A stretch of 64,000 nucleotides of DNA from Flectonema sp. DT1601 (lineage: Eukaryota): positions 992,001 through 1,056,000 of the forward strand of contig OZ025792.1 of the NCBI GenBank assembly GCA_964019425.1, given 5' to 3'. How positions within the stretch are numbered: the first letter of the stretch is position 1; each line of letters opens with the position of its first letter. Below are positions 54,844 through 64,000 of the stretch, piece by piece. Under the pieces are notes generated by a model that was given only the letters and a program-made list of their open reading frames with translations, made no database searches and was not told where the DNA came from. A program made the translations under genes and the position numbers.

Positions 54844-57800
54844 TTAAATCTCAATTATCTTGGAATTTCTGCGATTCGCATCCAGGAATTCTTGTTTCAT
54901 TAACAAAAGCTCTAAAGAAGCTTCCCCTGTTGGTAAATTCCTCATCGTCAACACGGAACCAGAATTCGATGTCCTTGAAAACGAAGCCAACGGATGTACC
55001 GATGGCAACGGCAACGGCGACAACGCATCACTCATCGACAATCCCAAACTCGATTTTATCGGCATTGACTCGCTTACTACAGAAGTCTCATCAAGCTTCT
55101 TATTCTTTTCCCAATGTCTTTGTTGTACTCGAGTTCGAATACCCTTGCACAGAATGTATCCTTCAACAAGAACATCAATTCCTGACTTAACTATTAAAAT
55201 AATTACCGAAGCAAATAGAAAAGCAGAAGCAACTTCGAAAATGTAGTGTCCGGTGTTCTCTTCGTAGTAACCTGCCGCCATGCAGAAAAGAGCAGCTGCC
55301 TGGAGACCGAGGAGGACGAAGTCGACAGTGCTGTCACGTGCTCGACAGTGCGGCCACAGAATTGCTTCGAGTACAAGGAGAATTACAAAGAGAAATCCTT
55401 CAAAAAGTTTCTTGTGTCCGCACTGAATTAAAGTCCTGGTACTGAGAGACTCCATAGCACTGATCGCAAGCATCGAAGCAAACTCCACAATACTAAACCA
55501 AACTACTTCTTGACGAAATGATCCAATCACTGTTCTGTAACGATTCACCCAATGAAGCTCAACATGATTGCTGACCCATTCTCCAGGTCCCATCAACAGT
55601 CGCTTCAATCCATAACGAGCATCGTCAGCGTACACTGCCTGACTAGGAACTCCCTTCCTGCATTCTCTAAAGATAAATATTGGAACAGCAACACAACCAC
55701 AACACGTTACCAATCCTATTATAAAGTGAAATGGCGTATTCGGGTAGCTCACAAGAGACATCCCACCTTGTGTCGTACCTTGGTATAAGAATTGGAAGAC
55801 GAACAACGGAGCCGAAGGAAATCTCAGTAATCCCTGAGTGTCCAAACCATTGAACAACTTTGGGGCACAACTCGTACCTCCCCGTTCTGCTATTTTCAAC
55901 ATGAAGAAACACAATACTGCAAACCCGAATGATATCATCACATTCCCAGCCACCATTCCAAGCGCATAACTGTCTCCAATTTTCCACTGTGTCGGGTGTA
56001 GAGGTCGAGGGTACTCCCTCGATGAATTATTCTCATTTCCAGCACGGCAGCTTCCAGATATCGCAACCAACCGCAAGGCTGGTCCCGCTGATGCACCGGC
56101 TCCCAAAGCAGAAGCCGCCGCAGCTGCCGAACCCACCTCTTCAACAGTTTCCGCCGTCTTCTTGTCGATCACTGGTGGAACTTCTGTTGGAGGTGCAGCA
56201 GTCTCAGGCACGCTAGTGGAAGGAACAGGAGTGGGAGGTAACGGTGTTGGAATTAATGTTGGAATTGATGTTGGAGGTAATGTTGGCACAGCTGTTGGTA
56301 CGGTCGTCGGTATTGCTGTTGGAACAGCTGTTGTACCAACCGGCCGAGCTGTAGGAATTGCAGTTGGAACAGCTGTTGGCACAGCAGTCGGTATTGAAGT
56401 GGGAACCGCAGTTGGTACAGTTGTTGGGACTGTGGTCGGTATGGCTGTCGGAACGGCTGTGGGCACGGCTGTTGGGACAGCCGTTGGTACCGCGGTCGGT
56501 ATAGTTGTCGGAACGGCTGTTGGCACAGCAGTCGGTATAGCTGTTGGTATTGCAGTCGGAATGGCTGTTGGAATTGCAGTCGGTATAGCTGTAGGAACCG
56601 CTGTAGGAACGGCTGTTGGAATTGCAGTCGGTATAGCTGTAGGAACCGCTGTTGGAACAGCTGTAGGAACGGCTGTTGGAATTGCAGTCGGTATAGCTGT
56701 AGGAACCGCTGTTGGAACAGCTGTTGGAACGGCTGTTGGAATTGCAGTAGGTACAGTTGTTGGTATTGCAGTCGGAATGGCTGTAGGAATTGCAGTCGGT
56801 ATAGCTGTCGGAACCGCTGTCGGAATAGCGGTGGGGACAGCTGTTGGCACTGCAGTCGGAATGGCTGTTGGAACGGCTGTCGGAATAGCGGTGGGGACAG
56901 CTGTTGGAATTGCAGTAGGTACAGCTGTTGGAACCGCTGTAGGCACGGCTGTCGGAATAGCGGTGGGGACAGCTGTTGGCACTGCAGTGGGTATGGCAGT
57001 AGGTACGGCCGTCGGCACTGCTGTCGGAATGGCTGTCGGAACAGGTGTTATTCTTCCGTAGAGCCTACAGCTACCAGTTGATTTCTTGACGGTGTAAATA
57101 TAGTCTGAGACTGAAATAATTTCATCAGCAGCATTCGCTACGGTATCGGCAATTCCACCGTCGAATACTGGAAGACTGGGACCTGTACCGTAAGCTACTC
57201 CTGGAGTGTCTCCATGTTGACAGGTTACGTCTAACATATTACCAGGGTTAGCTGTTACGCGGCTAGATAACGAAGTAGCCAATCCACCGAAGAAAGTATT
57301 GTCTCCTACGGCAAAGACATATCCGTTGCAGGCAACAATGCGTGCGAGTTTGGTCACGCCGTTGAAATATGTTCCCGAAGACCCTCTGCTGTTTAGTGAA
57401 TTGATACCTGGAGTACTGGTTGAGATTTCACTGAGGAAAAATATCATCCCAGAGGACTTGTCTACTGTAATCGATCCGATGTCTCTGTTTCTTAAGAAGC
57501 TTCCTGAGCTGTCTACAGTTCCCATGGCAATGTCTGCCATTTCGAAGTATACTATCCCTTTGTTTTGACATGCGCCATAGATAGTAGTTCCCTTAGCAGC
57601 GAGTTCAAGACAACTTCCAGTGTATGGAAATTCCATCGCATTCGCAGTGTCAATTGCACCACCACCAAGAAGAGGAATTACATGTAGCTTACCAGGTTCA
57701 GCAGCAACCAAATATGGTGTTCCTCCGATAGTTATTGAAGTAGCAGTAATAATGTTTGAATTGTAACTCTTTGTTGAAACCGTTGCGCACTGAGTAGTTT

Positions 57801-57987
57801 CAGGATCAAACTGTCTGATTAGAGTATCAGAAATTGAGTACATCCACTTGTCATAAACAGCCATTGTTCCTAATGTAGGAGTGTATCCAACACCGCCAAC
57901 ATAATCTGTTTTGTAGCATGTTGCTAATTGCACCACAGTCAGAAGGATGAAAAACGTCCCCACATGCCTGAAGGTACTTGCCGCCAT
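54844..57987 (-). CDS. Surface protein: signal peptide, ~300-aa ectodomain, mucin-like PTA[V/I] stalk, multipass TM C-terminus (1047 aa)
   Basis: Signal-like MAASTFRHVGTFFILLTVVQLATC, ~60 PT(A/T)(V/I) units, 7-8 hydrophobic helices. Confidence 0.9.
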   Translation of the reverse strand: MAASTFRHVGTFFILLTVVQLATCYKTDYVGGVGYTPTLGTMAVYDKWMYSISDTLIRQFDPETTQCATVSTKSYNSNIITATSITIGGTPYLVAAEPGKLHVIPLLGGGAIDTANAMEFPYTGSCLELAAKGTTIYGACQNKGIVYFEMADIAMGTVDSSGSFLRNRDIGSITVDKSSGMIFFLSEISTSTPGINSLNSRGSSGTYFNGVTKLARIVACNGYVFAVGDNTFFGGLATSLSSRVTANPGNMLDVTCQHGDTPGVAYGTGPSLPVFDGGIADTVANAADEIISVSDYIYTVKKSTGSCRLYGRITPVPTAIPTAVPTAVPTAIPTAVPTAVPTAIPTAVPTAVPTAVPTAIPTAVPTAIPTAVPTAIPTAVPTAVPTAIPTAVPTAIPTAIPTAIPTAIPTTVPTAIPTAVPTAVPTAVPTAIPTAIPTAVPTAVPTAVPTAIPTAIPTAVPTAVPTAIPTAIPTAIPTAIPTAIPTAVPTAVPTTIPTAVPTAVPTAVPTAVPTAIPTTVPTTVPTAVPTSIPTAVPTAVPTAIPTARPVGTTAVPTAIPTTVPTAVPTLPPTSIPTLIPTPLPPTPVPSTSVPETAAPPTEVPPVIDKKTAETVEEVGSAAAAASALGAGASAGPALRLVAISGSCRAGNENNSSREYPRPLHPTQWKIGDSYALGMVAGNVMISFGFAVLCFFMLKIAERGGTSCAPKLFNGLDTQGLLRFPSAPLFVFQFLYQGTTQGGMSLVSYPNTPFHFIIGLVTCCGCVAVPIFIFRECRKGVPSQAVYADDARYGLKRLLMGPGEWVSNHVELHWVNRYRTVIGSFRQEVVWFSIVEFASMLAISAMESLSTRTLIQCGHKKLFEGFLFVILLVLEAILWPHCRARDSTVDFVLLGLQAAALFCMAAGYYEENTGHYIFEVASAFLFASVIILIVKSGIDVLVEGYILCKGIRTRVQQRHWEKNKKLDETSVVSESMPIKSSLGLSMSDALSPLPLPSVHPLASFSRTSNSGSVLTMRNLPTGEASLELLLMKQEFLDANRRNSKIIEI
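56285..57046 (-). repeat. Coding 12-bp minisatellite encoding PTA[V/I] repeats
   Basis: 12-nt periodicity with synonymous variation and higher-order 48/60-bp units. Confidence 0.95.
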
Positions 57988-58847
57988 ACTGTGTGGGTGG
58001 CTGTGAGTGAAGAACATGTAAAACATAATACTCAAATAACTTCGTCAATCAATTCTACTCTGATGAGGGGCATCTTGTCAATTGAAACTTCTGCATAATT
58101 GTGATAACTGATGCAAAGATGAGAATAAGGGAACAGAAAAGAAACTACAATAACCAAAACACACTCAGCCTAATATAGGTTAAACGTGTAATCTCAGAGG
58201 ATTATTTTTGTTAGTTCCGTGTTGATTATGAAAATCAACGTTATAAAAGGCAAAGAATAGAGAAGATAAGAGAAGAGACACAAAGAAAGGATCGAGCGAT
58301 CGTTTCTTTAGCACTCCATGTTGATAACAGGACAGGCTCAAAGTAAACAGCAGGAAGACAGAAGTGAACATTCACTACATGTGATCACATTCCGAAGATA
58401 ATAATGCTGAAGAAATGAACCTTATTAAGACCCAGGTAAGAATCGGTGATTAAGATAATCAAAAGAAAGATTGAAGTGAGGATGATTAACAGGAAGGAAC
58501 AACAAAGAATTCATCAAATTGAAACAGTTGACCTGTCGTCATCCTTGGATAAGTAAATAAAAATAAAAATAAAAATAATGAAAACTCAACCAAGGCAGAG
58601 TAATCGCTAAACCCAGGCAACAAAGTCTTGGAATCTACAAGAAAGCAAGAAAATATAAAATAAAGAAGGGGGAAAAAAAAAAAAAAGGAAAAAGAGTTTG
58701 ACTTACAGCTATAACTGCAACAGTTCAACCTTATTCTACCAAGAAAATACTTAAACTTTGCAAGTCGATTTTTGTTGTTTTAATGACTAGTTCGTTGTTT
58801 GGTGATTTCAGAACTCCGAAAGCTGTATACAAAAAAAAAGCGGGGTA

Positions 58848-60263
58848 ATTTGATGAGGGGGGTTAACTGTTCGAGTTTGTACGTAAAATACAAATGTTTT
58901 GTATCATAAACAACATAACGATAATTCAACATTAGTTCTGAGATACAGTGACTAAAGGTAATGTTAGTGTAGGTATACACTCTGCGATTGACGTAAATAC
59001 TTTACACTATAATAAATGTTTCTAACTTAGCTGCATACACATCTCCTTTTCCGTGTTGTCATTCAGTGCAGTACGGAATCGAGTTATTCAATTTTGAATT
59101 AATCGTGAGCCCTGGGAAACCAAAACCAGGGTATAATGTAATACGGCAGAGTGTAGGTTTCACCTACAAATTACTTGCTTAAAATCAACAATTCTTTGAA
59201 AAAAATATGTTAGCAAAAATTGCTAGTTCGTAGCACACTACTAGCGGAGCACTCACCTTAAATAAATTATGGTAGCGTTATCCAGAATTCAGTTAGAAAA
59301 TCTGAGGGGGTTGCATAATCCAACAAATAATGTTGGGGTGACGGCATCGATGGGTTTTGGGTTAAGACATTTAATTGGCAAAGTCCAGAGTGGGGAATGT
59401 ATTCAAAAAGAAAACAATCATCCGTGTCCCTCTATGTTCTATACGCGAACATGTTAGAGTTCTCACAAAATTGACCTTCATGGTTAAGGGTTACCTCAGT
59501 ATTTTCTACCTGTAGTTTATGTAACAGGAATGTACTTTCTTTCAATAAAGAAAACAAAATGACGTAAGACAGTTAGATTTACATTATTTGAATTATACGA
59601 ATTACAATAATATTTATCTCTAAATGTTGTCCTAATTCAAAGGGGCTACGGGCCAACTCAGGTAACTGACAAAGAAACTTGATTTTATGCGTCCTTTGAA
59701 ATCCTACATTCTGTTCTTTATTTTTATTTCATTTTCCGTGACATAATTTCTTTTATGCGCGTGGGAAGAGAACGCCGCTACGACCAATGCTGCCTAAAGT
59801 TAGATCAGAGAAATTCCATTGTAACTCCGGAATATCCGTGTATTGATTAGTAGTCATGGATTGATCTTTTTATGGTCACTATTGTGATTAGAACTAAAGG
59901 TGTTTAATGATCAAGTTTCTGTCTCAAAATAAAAGGAGATGTAAAGAATTATTAATAACAAGAGCTAACATTTGGATGTATTGTATCCATAGTTGACTAA
60001 TCAATAACTGGATACACATCCTAGGCGCGTTGCGCCGGGCACAAATTTGCTTGCGTATATTTGCACCTGTACTCTGCTCACAAACGGGTTGTCGCGAAGC
60101 TTCAACCTAGGTACAGAGTGATGGGGGGTTAACTGTTCGAGTTTGTACGTAAAATACAAATGTCTTGTATCATAAACAACATAACGATAATTTAACACTA
60201 ATTCTGAGATACAGTGACTAAAGGTAATGTTAGTGTAGGTATACACTCTGATTTGATGAGGGG
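58848..60263. mobile_element. ~1.4-kb non-coding insertion bounded by ~128-bp direct repeats of family A (TRIM/LTR-like layout)
   Basis: 58857-58984 nearly equals 60122-60250; ATTTGATGAGGGG at both ends; segment absent from the paralogous position ~52360. Confidence 0.5.
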
Positions 60264-61517
60264 AAAAAAAGACTCCGAAAATGAAATGTTTTCAGGAGTG
60301 ATGCTTTATCAAATGCAAGATAAAGTAATAAGGTAAAACCTTATTGGGGGATAATCCTAGAATAATATAAAATACATTTATTGTATCAATCAAGTTTGCG
60401 ATGGAAAAGATGAAATGAAAGATCTATTAAGTGATCCTCGCCATACATATCTTAAAAATGGAGTTACTTAAACATGCTTAAGACAATGTCAAGATGGATT
60501 CACAATGCTCACTTCATATCGATAGAATATTATTGAGTGAACAGCATCAAATCAAATAATGGGATGAGTGCCACTGTTGATAATGAAGTCATGTTTAGAT
60601 ATATTGATGACTTTTTCTCATTTTCAGTAAAGACGAACCTAGTCCACCTCCGACTGTAAGAATAACAAATATCATACACAGGCACATCAATATCGTAATG
60701 ATGTGGTCTGGGTATGAGAATTGGGTTCAAAGAACGGCCAAGGGGATACCCCTTCGTACGGTAATAATAGAAGTTTATGAGCGTTACGTTTTTAGGGGGG
60801 TAACTTGATGAAGCGGGGGAAAAGGACAGTTAATAGTTTGAGCATACTTATAAGGGAGAACCATAATATAAATATATGTGTCGTGTCAAGGTTAACTGAT
60901 GTAAGCATAAAACGAGATGGGGAAAGCTGATGATCCGATCGAGGGTAATCCTGTATCAACAGTTATGTATAAGCAGTAATGGAAAAAAAGAAGTAAATTT
61001 AAATAATCGAAACAGAAAATAACGCAGCGAGAACAAGAATCAAGAAGATGAATACACTCAAAGGGAGGTGTGCATGAAGCGTTTTCTCAAACCGCACTAA
61101 CATAGGGTTCCTTGTCAGTGTGACAATAAGACATCAACCTGCACAGTTGTTTTCCTCAAGAGGTAAATTAGTATTAGTTATAATAGCGAGAGTTAATAAT
61201 ATAACAAATAATAAATCAATCAATAAATCGTAGCACATCAAAACAAATAATGGTTGGTTTCGGGCTAAAGGTAACTAAAACCTTTCTTCGACCATACCCG
61301 TTACCCAGCCCTCTTCAGCGAAGAAAGAAAGGGGATCATGCGGTATCAGACCTGTCCTACTCATCGCGTTTGCTCTTCTCAGCAAGGGTCCTACGACCAA
61401 ATAAAACAGACCCATACATAATATCAATGAACGCTGGAGACTGGTGCTGATATGGATGAATCATAAAAAAAGTAAAAAGGTCAAACCGTCATACATGCGA
61501 AGACGTTTGTTTCGGTA

Positions 61518-61683
61518 TTAGTTAGTAACTTAGCAAAGTCCAGAACTGATGACTGCGGGGGATCCGGAGTGACCCGCACCAGTAGAGGACCCAATCGCGG
61601 AGATTGTGCTTTTATAACTTCGGCTGGAAGGATCAATTCCCACTTGTCCACCTTGCACAGATATTTGAACTAACAGGTTGAAA
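61518..61683 (-). mobile_element. Structured SINE-like element, copy 3
   Basis: Near-identical to copy 2, carried by the segmental duplication. Confidence 0.5.
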
Positions 61684-62481
61684 ATAAATTAAAAAGTGGA
61701 GGAGAGATGGGATAAATAAGTAACATATCTTTTCTTCCCTCCGTGAACGAAACGAATTAAAGAAGCGATAAACCGTACGCAGTGTCTGCGAGGCGTTATT
61801 CCATCAAAGGATTAACGATATCAATCTAAATACGACTCGAAAAAAAGAAAACGATTTAACCTTCCGTAGTGAACTCAACAAACGGAAAAACTAAAATCAT
61901 CAGGGACGAGTTTCTTAAGTACTTCGTCAACGTAACGGTCAAGGGAATAAATATTTTATCAAAAAACAAGACTTACTTTATCACATTTATTGTATCTCAA
62001 ACACATGGATGCCATTATCACAGAGTGCAGCTGATGATCAAAAGCACTCGGATTGCGATATGACTACGAGAGATTTTAAGGCTACCATGTTAAGGAAAAC
62101 AAGTATCGTAGAATCACAATGATGATAAACTACGAGACCATAACCCGTGAAACTGTGTCGACAATACTCCTCCTCCTTGCAAGATTATTCACGTATAAAG
62201 TCGCGCCTAAAAAATACTAACAAAAAAAAGTGCAATTCTTTTGCTATCTTTTACATGCAAGCATCTAAAGTGGATATTGAATAAAGTCTCGTCTACAAGT
62301 ATTGACAATGTTGACTCAGTTTTCACTTACTTCAAGAACTACAAAAGTATTGTTTTCCAGAGTTTGCGGGAAAATATTTTTTTCTAAATCGTTTTGTTGG
62401 AAATGAGAGACATCAAGTAGTCTGAGCTGACCAACAGATCAGTAGCTAAACTGAATTAACGACACCTTGTAGTGATAGTCA

Positions 62482-62560
62482 AGAGAGAGAGACAGAGAGA
62501 GAGAGACGGAGAGAGAAAGAGAGAGCTTGCTTTATCTACTAGTTAGTTAGTGAGTGAGTA
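62482..62560. repeat. (GA)n microsatellite followed by TTAG/TGAG repeats
   Basis: Read directly; absent from duplication unit 1. Confidence 0.85.
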
Positions 62561-63444
62561 CTAGAATTTCTAATCATCAGAAACTACAAAAGTATTGTTT
62601 TCCAGCGGAAATTAATTTTTTCTAAATCGTTTTGTTGGGAATGAGAGACATCAAGTAGTCTGAGCTGACCAACAGATCAGTAGCTAAACTGAATTAACGA
62701 CACCTTATGAGTAAGATGGAAATCAAATAACTTGCCGCGTGAAAACTTACCAATGCAATTTCAATTAAAATAAAAATAAATAAAAAGCTGCAACTTGTTC
62801 AAGAAACCGAAACTGAACCACCAAAAAATTACAACAGAAGTACTCTTAATAAAAGACAGTACTGAACTACAACGACGATAAATCAAATCACTATGGCGGT
62901 GAGCAAACAAAAGAAGAAAAAAAACGAAACCTTAGGGGATAACTTGATAAAAGTAACTTGAAACTGGCTAAAACAAAAATAGGGACACAAATTATCATCC
63001 TGCGCTTCAACTAATTAATTGACAACACAGTTCGGCCAGAGTCATAAAACAATTGAGGAAAGATAAATAGAAATTAATAAAAAAAGAATAAGAGAACACC
63101 GCAAAGTGCCAACCAAATAAAACCCATAACAAAATGAACCTGTACCCTTGATCACTACCATGCGACGTATGAATGTCGAGGAAAGATAAAAAACTGAGAG
63201 CAGATGCAAACAAGAAATACAAAACTGAAGGCCTCGCGCAAGAATAAAAAAAAGAAAAGCATAGGCAACAGCAGCCCCAAGGTTACAACATCGGGTTTTA
63301 CCTTCCCATTTCCTCCAGGGTATTAAAAACGCTCGTGTCAAAGTGAGAAACGGGGCGTGTGACCGTAACAATTCAGCCATAGCTCAAAAAACAACTCGAA
63401 CTTTAGAGACTTGGGGCAGCAAACAAAGAACAGCAGTATGATAA

Positions 63445-64000
63445 CTAAATTTCAATTATCTTGGAATTTCTCTTCTTATCCAGGAATTCTTGTTTCATTA
63501 AAGAAAGCTCTAAAGAAGCTTCCCCTGTTGGTAAATTCCTCATCGTCAACACTGAACCAGAATTCGATGTCCTTGAAAACGAAGCCAACGGATGCATCGA
63601 TGGCAACGGCGACAACGCATCACTCATCGACAATCCCAAACTCGATCTCATCGGCATTGACTCGCTTACTACAGAAGTCTCATCAAGCTTCTTATTCTTT
63701 TCCCAATGTCTTTGTTGTACTCGAGTTCGAATACCCTTGCACAGAATGTATCCTTCAACAAGAACATCAATTCCTGACTTAACTATTAAAATAATTACCG
63801 AAGCAAATAACAAAGTAGAAGCGACTTCGAAAACGTAGTGTCCGGTGTTCTCTTCGTAGTAACCTGCTGCCATGCAGAAAAGAGCAGCCGCCTGGAGACC
63901 GAGGAGGACGAAGTCGACAGTGCTGTCACGTGCTCGACAGTGCGGCCACAGAATTGCTTCGAGTACAAGGAGAATTAGAAAGAGAAATCCTTCAAAAAGT
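63445..64000 (-). CDS. 3' end of a second copy of the mucin-stalked multipass protein gene (continues beyond the window)
   Basis: Highly similar to 54844-55410, frame open, ends NSKIIEI*. Confidence 0.9.
   Translation of the reverse strand, partial: LFEGFLFLILLVLEAILWPHCRARDSTVDFVLLGLQAAALFCMAAGYYEENTGHYVFEVASTLLFASVIILIVKSGIDVLVEGYILCKGIRTRVQQRHWEKNKKLDETSVVSESMPMRSSLGLSMSDALSPLPSMHPLASFSRTSNSGSVLTMRNLPTGEASLELSLMKQEFLDKKRNSKIIEI

Larger units (their letters stand above)
51845..64000. repeat. Tandem segmental duplication: unit 1 ~51845-58250, unit 2 ~58254 to beyond the window end
   Basis: Collinear blocks 51845-52350/58254-58800, 52370-52900/60265-61110, 52903-53810/61397-62467, 54367-55410/63005-64000. 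Confidence 0.92.

Noticed and set aside
56162..57061. 299-aa + strand ORF of (VGTA/VGIA)n
   Set aside because: Antisense shadow of the PTA[V/I] coding repeat
59110..59131. CCCTGG...CCAGGG resembling the ingi/L1Tc 5' signature ribozyme
   Set aside because: Spacer too short to hold the nested HDV-like helices

Overview
AT-rich eukaryotic genomic DNA. Every credible gene lies on the minus strand, introns are rare, and long sense-strand U-tracts fill the spacers. This resembles a polycistronic, trans-spliced euglenozoan locus, possibly diplonemid (inference). Contents in order: a partial CDS; a multipass membrane protein; two receptor-type class III cyclase-like paralogues with degenerate catalytic motifs; a near-identical ~5.54-kb tandem amplification of a GC-rich cassette (3 Old Yellow Enzyme genes, 2 complete cobalamin-independent methionine synthase genes, 1 metE stub) with a candidate structured RNA between OYE and metE; a coiled-coil protein; a Ubl-ankyrin protein; a two-exon MGC-acylated Cys-repeat protein missed by the ORF track; a 3142-aa ankyrin protein; a small TM protein; a beta-propeller-like protein; and a tandemly duplicated mucin-stalked multipass surface-protein gene. 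Dispersed non-coding repeats are also present, including a pseudoknot-forming element with a (CTAA)n tail. All assignments come from reading motifs by eye; no searches or folding programs were run.
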